Position numbers and translations under genes: made by a program. Of a stretch of DNA of 64,000 bases, positions 1 to 13,830 are shown piece by piece. Under the pieces are notes generated by a model. That model made no database searches. It was not told the DNA's origin and worked only from the letters and a program-made list of their open reading frames with translations. Numbering within the stretch: position 1 is the stretch's first letter; each line of letters opens with the position of its first letter. The stretch is from Macrostomum hystrix (Eukaryota; Animalia; Platyhelminthes), in the NCBI GenBank assembly GCA_950097015.1, contig CATNEN010000039.1, forward strand, positions 9,238,001 through 9,302,000, in the 5' to 3' direction.

Positions 1-83
1 GTTGCGCATCTTCTGAAACAAATAATCAAGTCGCCAGCTCTTCAGACCGTCGAGATATTCAATGGTTCTGGCCAAAGGTTCGA

Positions 84-506
84 TTTTTTCCATAAGCGCT
101 TAGACCCTTTTGACACACGAATTAGCTCGTAGCACTGCGCCTCAGCGTGGCCTTGCCAGGCCTTCAAAATTTATCAGCACGTCACCCGAATGTGCCTGCA
201 TCATCTCCGTCTTCGGTGTTCCCCTAACATTATCCAGACGGATTTGCTGGACCTTCAAGGGCTACAACTGTTGGACATAGGTCACTGCACTATGGACACC
301 CTGACGCGAATTTCTCCAATTTTATACTGCTCAACCCAAAATATTAGGCGCAGCTCAACCACACAGTACACCATCGCCTATTCTGTTAACCAATCAGTCA
401 CCACTCAACGCTGTTAGCCTTAAGGCGCTGCCAAAAAAATTTACAGGAGGATTTTCTCCCTTGGTATAAAAACGGGCGGCAAAATGGCTTGGTAGTCCTA
501 CTGTTA
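84..506. repeat. Dispersed repeat, copy 1 (inverted copy at 58650-59092)
   Basis: ccttgccaggccttcaaaatttatcagcacgtcacccgaatgtgcctgcatcatctcc...caacgctgttagc and ggtataaaaacgggcggcaaaatggc are reverse complements, with scattered substitutions, of 58650-59092. Confidence 0.85.
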
Positions 507-783
507 AACTGTAAATTGAGTCTGCGAGTTTCGTGAGGCGCTCAACGAGTTTGGTGACCTCACGCTGAGATGCAACCGCTACCTCGCCCGTACAACAATC
601 CGACGTCCGGCGACGTCGGTGGCAAATTGGAACTTTTACATTACACCGACGTTAGATCGACGTTAGCGTTTCAAGCTAGATTTTTTTCCAGGGTTTTGAA
701 AATTTTTGAGCATTTTTCGTTTCGTCGGATTTCGTCGGCGTAATGTACGAGCGTAAGATTTCCCATCTGTCATCGACGTCGCT

Positions 784-1000
784 GGACGTAAAGCCGCATA
801 TAGTAACTAAGCGACCGCTTCGACTTCCGCCCAGTCGGCGCCGAGACGCTGGGAGCCTTCGGGCCTGAGGCTCTGGACCTCATCGAAGCGCTGTACAGCT
901 GCAACCAGGTGCAGACGGGCGAGTGCAGTGCACGCGCGCGCATCTTCCGGATTCTGGGTGCTGACATCCAAGCCGTAAATGCTGGCCGCCAGACCACAGA
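784..1000 (+). mobile_element. Degenerate 3' end of an RLE-type (CRE-like) non-LTR retrotransposon
   Basis: From 816 the + frame reads RFDFRPVGAETLGAFGPEALDLIEALYSCNQVQTGECSARARIFRILGADIQAVNAG, preceded across a frameshift by KAAY..LSD. This matches the K..KY...F.P.A.ET.G..G...TG......L...IQ.GNA tail of restriction-like endonucleases. Confidence 0.65.
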
Positions 1001-2611
1001 GCCACCGTAGAACTCACCTCTGAATATTTTTTAACTATTTTTAACTAATGACTATGGGTTATTTTAATCAATTAATTATGATTATGATCAAATACGAATT
1101 ACAACTTACCAATGTTGTTTTTTAACAATACATATGCCTTTCTGGATATAAATGATACGTACATTAGAACCAACAAATTCACACACCATTCACGAAAGCA
1201 AATGCGGTTATCTAATTGTTTTATGGGATCAACAAGAATAGATTATTCATCTGTCAATATCAATATCAAATATCAAGCAATGATTTCCTTTTCTGTTCAT
1301 TCATCGCCATGCAGTACGGAAATTAGGGGAAGACTCATCTACTGCAGGGAGTACTTGCTATACTGACAAATGGATTCTGCTCTATGCTTACTATATATCT
1401 AACTACTACATTAGTTAACTATAACCCTAATAAAGCGTTACTGTATCTAAATTTTCTTCTTTTGTCGATGTTGTACTGGAAGTAGTGTCAATAGGATGAT
1501 AGTGACTGAAAACGTATCAGAAGTTTACCACGATTCAGCAGTCCAAGTTATTAAGTTTTGATTACTTCTTTCCCTGCAATTCTGATCGAACCGAATCACC
1601 ATTTAAAAAACTAGTAACAGCCGAATGATCAAGCTAATATCAAGTTTAGAGTTGTGGGTAAATATTGTAGTGTCACTTTTAGTGGCTAAACATGTGGTTC
1701 GTCAACGCCCCTTACATTACACCTCATATATTACTTCTATATACTACAACATACTACTAAGTCAAGGATTAATATTAGTCTGATATGCAATAATTATTGC
1801 GCTAAAGTACTAGAATATTAATATTTGCCATCCTATTAATATTCATTTTTTAATTTTCTTTCCCTAATGAATTTTTCAGACTATCGGTTTGTTTATGTTA
1901 ATGCTGTATCTAGTTTTAAAATAAATTTCCTAGATTTGCTCTAAGACTGTAAATCTGGATGGTAGGCTGCAGCCTGCATAGAGTTGTCGGACCTAGCTGT
2001 GTTTTTATATTTTTTAAATTAACATTTTAGCTTGTTCTTTTAAAGAGGTGTTCCTGTATTTTTCTATCTTGGTGGATTAATAGCTATGTATATTCCGCCA
2101 TTTCGGTAATAGTATCTAATCTAAACAGCTAAGGAGTCATCGTGTCCCTATCAAATTGATTCCTATATCACATATTTTTATAGCTAAAGCTACTCCTTAC
2201 TTTAGCTATATCTAAATATTATACTATTTAGTATAGTTATGACTATAGGGCCTATACTTTAGTCATATTTTTATAAATTTTATATTGCTTTGCTATCCTC
2301 CAGGCTCCAATGAGATATGAGTGTGATGATTAATGCGTATAATTTCATATTGCCTAAGCAAGCAAATTAGACATACTGCTAAAATAATCAATACTATGCT
2401 AGACTGATTGATAGAGACTTGCTTAGACAGGCCTTTGATATCTGGCTTTATTCTTAAACTTTAAAGAGGTGCAGCACAGTGAGCATAGCTATTGCCATTG
2501 GATTGATTGCCATTATTATATTGATAGGCCCTAGCCAAAATTAATACAATCCACTTTGGTAACCATTGCTTTGGCTATATAAATAATGACTCAGTTAGAA
2601 TGTAATAACTT

Positions 2612-3041
2612 GGTACCTGGACACTTCGACATCTTACAACTTTGTCATCCAGATGATGATCTGATCATCTGTCCAATATCTCAGAGGGTGGATGACAAAG
2701 AGACTTAGACTTGTGGACGCTTCGTCATTTATAAAACAAAAGTTTTCAAAGTTAGAACAGAACCACCCCTCCCCACCTCCTCACATTGTGTTGGCACCTA
2801 TCTATCAACTCTTATAATGAAATCAGTTTTGACACCTCTTTTTGACAATTTAGAGTGTGAAGTGTGTTCACACCTCTGCCCCACCACCCCACCCTCACTT
2901 TATTGATGACGAACATGATTGCTTGTTATTAGTAGATGACGAACTGACCAAACTTTAAAGCATGCCAATTGGCTAGATGACAAAGTGTCCTACCTTCCAA
3001 GTTGATGACAAAGTTGTAAGATGACGAAGTGTTTAGGATCC
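2612..3041. mobile_element. MITE with ~38-bp imperfect TIRs and ~8-bp TSD
   Basis: Left end ggtacctggacacttcgacatcttacaactttgtcatc; right-end reverse complement ggatcctaaacacttcgtcatcttacaactttgtcatc. Flanks are aataactt (2604-2611) and tataactt (3042-3049). Internal gatgacaaag/gatgacgaa motifs recur. Confidence 0.8.
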
Positions 3042-5043
3042 TATAACTTAGCTATAGTAAATCCTATCCATGCCTATCAAATTAAAAAAACTAGTTTTAT
3101 TAAAACAAATGATCAATATAAATAATAATAATAATAAATTGTATTTGGATTTCAAAACATTTTTCTTTTCTTGCATATGAAACTAAATTATATTGTAAGA
3201 AAGATAATAAGCTTTCACTGTACAATCCAATGGGCAGATAAGTAGGATGAAAATACACAGATATGGTTTATGCCTTCACTTAAAATACAATGCTGATTTT
3301 GCTTAGTCACTGTAGCTATTGCAGCAAAGAAGGTGGTCTTGAATAACCAACCTTTTTAACCAATGCTCTCACTGGTATGTATGTGAAATTCCAAGAGTTA
3401 CAATATTGAAATTATATTTTCAAAGCTACCTTATATATACCAAATAATGCATTGTCTCCTGTGTTATGCTCTCCTGAAAGCTAAAGTGTGCTTTCTTATT
3501 TTCAAATGTGTTATTGTCTTAGGTAACATGAGATACGGCTACATTTATATTCTTAGAAATACTTTTAATTTTTGTTTAAATACACTCGGATTAAAAAAAA
3601 TGCACTAAATTATATTTTTATGCACCAAAAATAAAAAAGTTATAATAGAGTGAAGAAAGGGAGCAAAAAACAGTATAAATACATGAGTGAGAGAAAGCAG
3701 AAAATCAACATTTTGTACATGTTGTTGAAACATTTGAAACAATTGTGTTTTCACAGTGTTCAGAAAGCTTGAATATTGAAAGTGTTTGTCTCAAAGTTAT
3801 TTGAATATATGAAGAAAGAGAAGTGAATATAGTGAAAGGAAAGCTGTAACTCTAGATCCACAGGTAAAGCCCAAGATGGACTGAAGACTGAATTGAAGAT
3901 TAATTAAAAAGTGATCAAAGCAATTAATTGAAGAGTGATAAAAACTGATAAAGATGGATAAAGAGTGATAAAGACTGATAAAGATTGATAAAGACTGATC
4001 AAGAGTACTTACACAGAAATAATACAGCAAAGTTACAAGTGAAAGTTATCGGCCATTTTGAAATTATAATGCTGGGGCCTACCAGATTAAATACATAACG
4101 CTACATATTTGAATTGAAATAAGAAGTACCTAAAGTGAATAACTAAAGACACTTAAAAGTTTGATATAAGATAGTATTTGAATAAAGTTTATATAGCATT
4201 GCAACAACTTTGGTAACAACAGTGGGATTTTTATTTTCAAAGCATAAGCGGTAGGACAACTTTGGTGGCATTCAGTGAGATATTAACTATTATAAAATAA
4301 CCCTATGACAACTTTGGTGGCATTGTTAGGATTAGGAAGTTTTTAAGAAATTAACCCTACAACAAACAATTCATTTCAAATGCTATATGAAAGCAATTGT
4401 CTCAAGCTATACAACATTTTGAGAGGTTTCTTATGTCTAAATCAACTTTAAAATGAATTTTTTAGTTATTTAAGAATGTAAGTGCTATACTTGCTAAGAT
4501 GTGTACTTGTATATCTAATTGTATTTGATGATGCTTAGAATGTAACCCTGTTTAAAGGTTTAATCAATAGCAATTAATATTCTAGACATATTTTTAACTC
4601 ATCCTTATCAAAAGATCTATGCTAATCTTAAGACAATTATTGTAAGAAACATTAATATTGAACATATTAATTATGTAGGCATATAAATTCAACTTTTGTC
4701 TGTTATTGTTGCTATTTACAAAAAGTTCATTAATATAAGGAGTTTCTCTCTTCTGTGTCACATTAGTTTCATTGAAAATAAGTATTTAAACCTTTCCAAA
4801 AATATTTCTTTGCAGTTTCAAAGATGCAGCCATTTTTAGAGAAACAACTCTTAAAAAATGCAAGCTTGTTAGCAAGTAGTTTAAATTTTGTTAATGTTGG
4901 TTTTTGCTAATAAACAAAACGAAAATTGGCTATCTTTTTGTTGACTTTTTTATTTAAAGTATGTCTTATAGAGCAGTCTCCTGTTCTATTTTCCAAAATG
5001 TTTTAACCTTTTTGCAGCATAGAACCAACAAAAGAAATAGACA

Positions 5044-6307
5044 ATGTCTTATCCGAAGGCTCAGCAGCAGCCACCTTATCCACCGCAGCAGCCATACCCC
5101 TATCAGCAGAGCTCGGCGCCATATCCAGTGCTAAATCAGCAGCAACAGCCGCCTCCCTCTTATCAGCAGGCGGTGTACTCTGATGACCAGCGTGTGGCTG
5201 TTGTTGTGACCTCAGCTGGCAACCAGCAGCCTCAGAATCACCCAGATGGCAATGGATTCTCATTCAATGATAAATCTATTCGTCGGGCCTTTATTCGCAA
5301 AGTCTACCTGATTCTGTGCGCCCAGCTAAGTGTTACATTTGGCGTTGTCCTGCTGGTTCGATTTGTACCTGTGTTGCGCGATTTCGCCCTGGCCAATGCC
5401 TGGATAGCCTATATCGCATACGCTGTGTTCATTATTGTCTATATTATGCTGGTCTGCATAATGTCGCTTAGACGCAAACATCCCTGGAATCTGGTTGCTT
5501 TGGCGGTCTTCACTGCCGCACTCACCTTTGTGGCAGCTATTATCGCCGCTAGGTACAGCACCAACTCGGTGAGAACTGGCTCTTGGTTAGCTCCATTCAT
5601 CCATCCATCCATCCATCATCCATCCACCCATCCATCATCCATCCATCCATCCATCATCCATCCATCCATCCACCCATCATCCACCCATCATCCATCCATC
5701 CATCCATCCATCATCCATCATCCATCCATCCATCCATCCATCATACATCCATCCATCCATCCATCCATCATCCATCCATTTATCCATCCATTTATCCATC
5801 CATTTATCCATCTATGCATCCATCCATCCATTCATCCATCCATCATCCATCCATCCATCCATCCATCCATTCGTCTATCTGTTCCCCGGAAATGCATCTT
5901 ACTCACCCCACTCAATGCAGGTTCTAATCTGCCTTGGCGTGACAATCCTAGTCTGCCTGGGAGTCACCCTATTCGCCGTGCAGACCCGCATTGACTTCAC
6001 CTTGTGCTCCGGCCTGCTATTCGGCCTCTGCCTGGTTGTGCTGCTGTTCGGCTTGGCTTGCACTTTTAGCTTTGTGGCTTATCGCGGCTCTCCGGGAGAT
6101 TATATGCGTCTGCGCATTCTGGACTGCGTCTATGGCGGCCTGGTGGCTCTAGTGCTGACGCTGTTTCTAATCTACGACACTCAGCGCGTTATTGGCGGTA
6201 GAAAGTACAACCTGTCCGAGGAGGAGTACGTCTTCGGAGCTCTGCAGCTCTACATGGACGTGGTGTTCATCTTTATTATCATTCTGGGCCTCGGCGGTGA
6301 TCGTTAA
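5044..6307 (+). CDS. Lifeguard / TMBIM (Bax-inhibitor-1 family, GRINA/FAIM2-like), ~303 aa; exons 5044-5568, 5921-6307
   Basis: P/Y/Q-rich N-terminus, [55 protein letters not shown]. Intron tcg|gtgaga...tgcag|gtt is phase 0. Confidence 0.93.
5593..5872. repeat. (CATC)n/(CAT)n microsatellite filling the TMBIM intron
   Basis: Directly visible. Confidence 0.95.
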
Positions 6308-6384
6308 GTTGCGGTCTGAGTCCGAGAAATGAATTGAGAACTTGTGCGTTGAGATGAATGAAATGTTATTGACGAGTGTCTGAG

Positions 6385-7096
6385 GAAGGTAGATAAGAGT
6401 GCATGGAAGGTAGATAATAGTGCATGGCAGGTAGATAATAGTGCATGGAAGGTAGATAATAGTGCATGGAAGGTAGATAATAGTGCATGGAATTTAGATA
6501 AGAGTCCAGGAAAGGTAGATAAGAGTGCAGGGAATTTAGATAAGAGTCCAGGAAAGGTAGATAAGAGTGCAGCGAAGTTAGATAATAGTGCATGGAAGGT
6601 AGATAAGAGTGCATGGAAGGTAGATAAGAGTGCATGGAAGGTAGATAAGAGTGCATGGAAGGTAGATAAGAGTGCATGGAAGGTAGATAAGAGTGCAGGG
6701 AATTTAGATAAGAGTCCAGGAAAGGTAGATAAGAGTGCAGCGAAGTTAGATAATAGTGCATGGAAGGTAGATAAGAGTGCAGCGAAGTTAGATAAGAGTG
6801 CAGCGAATGTAGATAAGAGTCCAGGGAAGGTAGATAAGAGTGCAGCGAAGTTAGATAATAGTGCATGGAAGGTAGATAAGAGTGCATGGAAGGTAGACAA
6901 GAGTGCATGGAAGGTAGATAAGAGTGCATGGAAGGTAGATAAGAGTGCAGGGAATTTAGATAAGAGTCCAGGAAAGGTAGATAAGAGTCCATGGAAGGTA
7001 GATAAGAGTGCAGGCAAGGTAGATAAGAGTGCAGGGAAGGTAGATAAGAGTCCAGGGAAGGTAGATAAGAGTGCAGCGAAGGTAGATAAGAGTGCT
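6385..7096. repeat. 21-bp minisatellite (gaaggtagataagagtgcatg) just downstream of the TMBIM stop
   Basis: About 34 units with variants. Confidence 0.95.
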
Positions 7097-7805
7097 TGGT
7101 GATAAAATTTTCGTTCAGTCTCTGTTGTAATTATAACTATAATTTTACTATTATTGATATAATATAGCTATTTAAAAAGTTTGCATAAATTGTCAGATTT
7201 CAATTAATCAGTTTAATTATTGACCAAGGCTTGTAAGTGTTTCGCTTTGTTGTGGTTTAGCTCAGCTTCTGCTAATAATCACGTGTTTTACTTCATTTTT
7301 TGTGTTAATTTTTCGAAATTTATTTGTATTTTGTTGTTGTCTCTCTTACGCTCGTATTAATATCATCAGCTGTTTTATACAGAGTTATATTGTGTTATTT
7401 TCCGTTAACTTTTTTCATATATTTATCTAGGTCGGGCATAGTCTTATACCAGCATTCCTGACCAGTTCGTGTCTATTTTCTGCTATGAAAGTTAACCTTC
7501 ATTGAAATATTTTATATTATTAGCATTTGTATAAATGCCATCCTTTTACAACTCCTCGAGGAGCAAGTCTTGATTATGCATATTCAGATTTGGCAATGTT
7601 TTTTTGCTTATTGCAACAACTGGCATTATATAAGCTATTATCCAGAATTTCCTGGAATCACTACAAGGTTTCCTGAGTTTTACTTTTATCCAGGCTCTGA
7701 TTCTGTTGCATATTATATTATCAACAGCTCTAGTAATTAGAATACCCGTTTTGGTTTTGTTTCATTTATATTAATTTTTAGACCTGTTTACTTGTTAATT
7801 ACAAA

Positions 7806-8292
7806 ATCACACACTTCATCTAACACCCCATCCCACACTTTATCTAACACCCAATCCCACACTTCATCTAACACCCAATCCCACACTTCATCTAACACCC
7901 CATCCCACACTTTATCTAACACCCAATCCCACACTTCATCTAACACCCTATCCCACACTTCATCTAACACCCCATCCCACACTTTATCTAATACCCTATC
8001 CCACACTTCATCTAACACCCTATCCCACACTTCATCTAACACCCATCCCACACTTTATCTAATACCCCATCCCACACTTTATCTAATACCCTATCCCACA
8101 CTTCATCTAACACCCCATCCCACACTTTATCTAACACCCTATCCCACACTTTATCTAATACCCTATCCCACACTTTATCTAACACCCTATCCCACACTTC
8201 TTCCCACACTTCATCTAACATCCAATCCCACACTTTATCCCACACCCGATCCCACACTTTATCCCACATCCTATCCCACACTTTATCCCAAA
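7806..8292. repeat. 24-bp minisatellite (atcccacacttYatctaacacccH)
   Basis: About 20 units, degenerate at the 3' edge. Confidence 0.92.
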
Positions 8293-8442
8293 TCCTATAC
8301 CATAACCGCGTTAGCGTATTTCATAGCCCTGCACTTCGGCAGATTGTAACTGCATCTGAAATTGTATTGGAATGTTAGTAGCAGCATTATTATCAGCGCC
8401 AAATTTGTCCCGCAGCTTGCAAAGCACAATCCTAGTCCGGAA

Positions 8443-8718
8443 ATGTCGGATGCCATCAGTGCCAGCGTGCCCGCCGGCGACATCAGGCAGGTGGTGATTG
8501 TTAGCGCCGTGCGCTCGCCTATTGGCAAATTCCTTGGCGCCCTGGCCGACGTTCCAGCTCACGTCCTCGGCGCCCAGTGCATTCGCGAGGCTCTGAGGCG
8601 GGCTAACGATCTCTCACCTGACCTCATTGACGAGGTGGTGCTAGGCCAGGTGCTTACCTCAGGCGGTGGACAAAATCCGGCTAGGCAGGCTGCACAAATG
8701 GCTGGCTTGCCCGTTCAG
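8443..8718 (+). CDS. ACAT2: Acetyl-CoA acetyltransferase (cytosolic thiolase), exon 1
   Basis: VVIVSAVRSPIGKFLGAL...DEVVLGQVLTSGGGQNPARQA; donor cag|gtgaca. No mitochondrial presequence. Confidence 0.9.
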
Positions 8719-8737
8719 GTGACACTAGACAGTTTTT

Positions 8738-10100
8738 ATATTCCATATGCTATTCCTATTCCATATGCTATTCCTATTCCATATGCTATTCCTATTCCAT
8801 ATGCTATTCCTATTCCATATGCTATTCCTATTCCATATGCTATTCCTATTCCATATGCTATTCCTATTCCATATGCTATTCCTATTCCATATGCTATTCC
8901 TATTCCATATGTTATTCCTATTCCATATGCTATTCCTATTCCATATGCTATTCCTATTCCATATGCTATTCCTATTCCATATGCTATTCCTATTCCATAT
9001 GCTATTCCTATTCCATATATTAATACATGTTAGGAACCCAGTGGATACATCCTACTATCCCATCCCATATCCGAGTGTGTCCCATCCCATATCCTAGTGC
9101 ATATCCCATCCCATATCCGAGTGTGTCCCATCCCATATCCTAGTGCATATCCCATCCCATATCCTAGTGCATATCCCATCCCATATCCTAATGGATATCC
9201 CATCCAATATCCTAGTGCATATCCCATCCAATATCCTAGTGCATATCCCATCCCATATCCGAGTGTGTCCCATCCCATATCCTAGTGCATATCCCATCCC
9301 ATATCCTAGTGCATATCCCATCCAATATCCTAGTGCATATCCCATCCCATATCCTAGTGCATATCCCATCCAATATCCTAGTGCATATCCCATCCCATAT
9401 CCTAGTGCATATCCCATCCCATATCCTAGTGCATATCCCATCCCATATCCTAGTGCATATCCCATCCCATATCCTAGTGCATATCCCATCCCATATACGA
9501 GTGTGTCCCATCCTATATCCTAGTGCATATCCCATCCCATATCCTAGTGCATATCCCATCCCATATCCGAGTGTGTCCCATCCCATGTCCTAGTACATAT
9601 CCCATCCCATATCCGAGTGTGTCCCATCCCATGTCCTAGTACATATCCCATCCCATATCCTAGTGCATATCCCATCCCATATCCTAGTGCATATCCCATC
9701 CCATATCCTAGTGCATATCCCATCCCATATCCTAGTGCATATCCCATCCCATATCCTAGTGCATATCCCATCCCATATCCTAGTGCATATCCCATCCCAT
9801 ATCCTAGTGCATATCCCATCCCATATCCTAGTGCATATCCCATCCCATATCCTAGTGCAAATCCCATCCAATATCCTAGTGCATATCCCATCCCATATCC
9901 TAGTGCATATCCCATCCCATATCCTAGTGCAAATCCCATCCAATATCCTAGTGCATATCCCATCCCATATCCTAGTGCATATTCCATCCCATATTCCATT
10001 TCATATCCCAACTCATATCCTAATGGATATCCCATCCCATATCCTAGTGCATATTTCATCCCTTATCCCATTTCATATCCCATCCTATGTCCTATCCTAT
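8738..10100. repeat. Thiolase intron 1 arrays: 18-bp (tattccatatgctattcc, 8738-9018) then 24-bp (atatcccatcccatatcctagtgc, 9055-10100)
   Basis: Directly visible; source of all the YPIP/GYALGY ORFs. Confidence 0.95.
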
Positions 10101-10262
10101 GACGTCCTGTCCGATGCCCTATCAGATTTCCGGATCCCATTTGACATTCTATAACCGATCCCATATTCTCTATGATTACCCATCCTAATGTCTAACCAAT
10201 AAATAAACTAAACATTTTCCTGAGCATTCCTAATCCCAGATGCCATCATCCCATACCTATAG

Positions 10263-10550
10263 GTGCCAGCCTACCTGGTAAACATGCTCTGCGGCTCGGG
10301 CATGCGCGCCGTTGTGAACGCCTGCCAGTCAATCCAGTGCGGCTCCAGCAAGCTGGCAGTCGCCGGGGGTCAAGAATCCATGAGCCTGGCGCCTCATCTG
10401 TTGCAGATGCGGCGGCCGGTGAAATTCGGTGACAGGTCCGCCCACGACTCGCTGATGTGCGACGGCTTAACCGACGCGTTCAGCTCCAGCCACATGGGCG
10501 TCACCGCAGAGAATGTGGCCAGGCGCTACGGTGTCAGCCGGCTGGATCAG
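10263..10550 (+). CDS. ACAT2: Thiolase exon 2 (catalytic Cys)
   Basis: tag|VPAYLVNMLCGSGM...AGGQESMS...DGLTDAF..HMGVTAENVA..DQ|gtgaga. Confidence 0.92.
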
Positions 10551-10584
10551 GTGAGAAAAAGTCTGCCCTTTATTGGAAATCTAT

Positions 10585-10830
10585 GGTCGGAGGTTCGAAT
10601 CTCATCAGATGAGAAAAAGTCTCTTAACTCACTTAACACTTTACTCTCTGCATTGCTTCAATTCACCCAGCTGTCAAATGGGTACTCAGCATTAGCTGGG
10701 GTAATTTAGGGTGGGTATGGCGTCCTCCCAGTCCATGGACTGAACAGCTGTACGCAGCCTTAAAATGCGCGGCGCAATAGCTGCGGCTGTGCTGTCGACT
10801 GCACATCTGGCCCTATTGGGGCAGGTGTAA
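10585..10830 (+). mobile_element. Degenerate tRNA/CORE-type SINE in thiolase intron 2 (same family as 17676-17990)
   Basis: B box ggttcgaatc, ttcacccagctgtcaaatgggtac and ctgcggctgtgc..gactgcacatctggc..caggtgta are shared with the 17676 copy. Confidence 0.75.
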
Positions 10831-11139
10831 TCAATTATAAATTTTAATTAGGTACGAGCGTATAATGGTAATAGTCGGTATAATATTGTCAGGTTCATGC
10901 AAAAAGGTATCTTCAAAAAATGGTAAAACTTTTTACATCATTTTGAATACATTAAAACTGCAAAGTAAAGATAATCTAATTCTACTAATGAGTCTACTAG
11001 AAGTAATAGGCATAGTTTTTCATAGTTTCATTATTTTAACATCTGAGTTGTTCTTACTAGATTACAGAAGAAGAACAATAAATAATCTTAACTGAATTCT
11101 AAGAATCCTGAAAATCTGCTTTATCCTTCTTTTCCATAG

Positions 11140-11478
11140 GACAATTTTGCCTGCCTGTCCCAGAACAAAGCAGAGAAAGCTCAGCGCTCGGATTTCTTTA
11201 AAGATGAGCTCCTGCTGGTGGCGGCCACCGCTACACCGTCGGCTTCCGCTGAGCAGTCGGAGCCCCTGCTGCGTCAGGACGAATATCCGCGTCACGGCAC
11301 CACAGTCGAAGGATTGAAGACTCTGAAGCCGAGCTTTCAGAAGGATGCCGAAGCCACCGTCACGGCTGGAAACTCGTCCGGCATCAACGATGGCGCCGCA
11401 GCTCTTGTACTCGCCTCGGCTGACGAAGCAGCGAAGCGCGGCCTACCTGTTATGGCTAGGGTAGTCTCGTATGGACAG
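11140..11478 (+). CDS. ACAT2: Thiolase exon 3
   Basis: ccatag|DNFACLSQ...DEYPRHGTTVEGLKTLKPSF...VTAGNSSGINDGAAA...YGQ|gtgaga. Confidence 0.92.
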
Positions 11479-12110
11479 GTGAGAGTCTTGGATTTCCCCT
11501 TAAAGACAGGGGAAGAGTCTGGGATTCCCCCCTCATAGACAGGGGAGAATCTAAAAATTCCCTTATAGACAGGGGAGAAAATGGGATTTCTCCTATGGAC
11601 AGATGAGAGTCATGGATAGACGGGAGAATCGGGGATTTCGCCTATGCACAGGGGAGAATCTGGGATTTCCCCTATAGAGATGGGAGAATCTGGGATTTCC
11701 CCTATACCCAAAGGAGAATCTGGGATTTCCCCTATAGAGATAGGAGAATCTGGGATTTCCCCTATAGAGATAGGAGAATCTGGGATTTCCCCTATACCCA
11801 AAGGAGAATCTGGGATTTCCACTATAGAGATAGGAGAATCTGGGATTTCCCCTATACCCAAAGGAGAATCTGGGATTTCCCCTATAGACGGGAGTGTCTG
11901 TGATTTCCCTTATGGACAGAAGAGTCTATGATTTCCCCCATAGACAGAAGAGAGTCTTGGATTTCCCCCATCGAAAGGGGAGAGTCCTGAATTTCCCCAA
12001 TAATCAGGAAAGGGTCTGGGATTTCCCCATAGACAGTGGAGAATCTGGAAATTCCCTTATTGACAGAGTAGAATATGTGATTTCCCCTATGGACAGGTGA
12101 GTCTTGGATT
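11470..12110. repeat. ~30-bp minisatellite in thiolase intron 3, derived from the exon 3 donor junction
   Basis: Unit ~cctatagacaggggagaatctgggatttcc; the first unit overlaps the real donor tatggacag|gtgagagtcttggatttcccc. Confidence 0.9.
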
Positions 12111-12253
12111 GTCAGCGTCTGAAAAAGAAGTTATACAAAATTGAATTATGCACGCACACACAGATTCAATACAAATGCAAGCACGATCACACAGGTGCGT
12201 ACGTATGCCCTGGCTTTTAAATGGTCCATAGCTGTGCACTCATTTTTCCTTAG

Positions 12254-13830
<1,577 letters not shown>

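Noticed and set aside
1030-4980. Short ORFs in the AT-rich region
   Set aside because: No recognisable motifs, and composition unlike the GC-rich exons.
5583-5927. His/Pro/Ser-rich extension of TMBIM
   Set aside because: Lies within a GT-AG intron; splicing restores the TMBIM helices.
6304-7017. 237-aa (ALLSTFH)n and 208-aa minus-strand ORFs
   Set aside because: Translation of a 21-bp repeat lacking stops; no unique sequence or splice context.
7788-10154. Many repetitive ORFs (VWDRVLD, YPIP, GYALGY, HIPSHIL)
   Set aside because: Artefacts of 18- and 24-bp arrays in the spacer and in thiolase intron 1.
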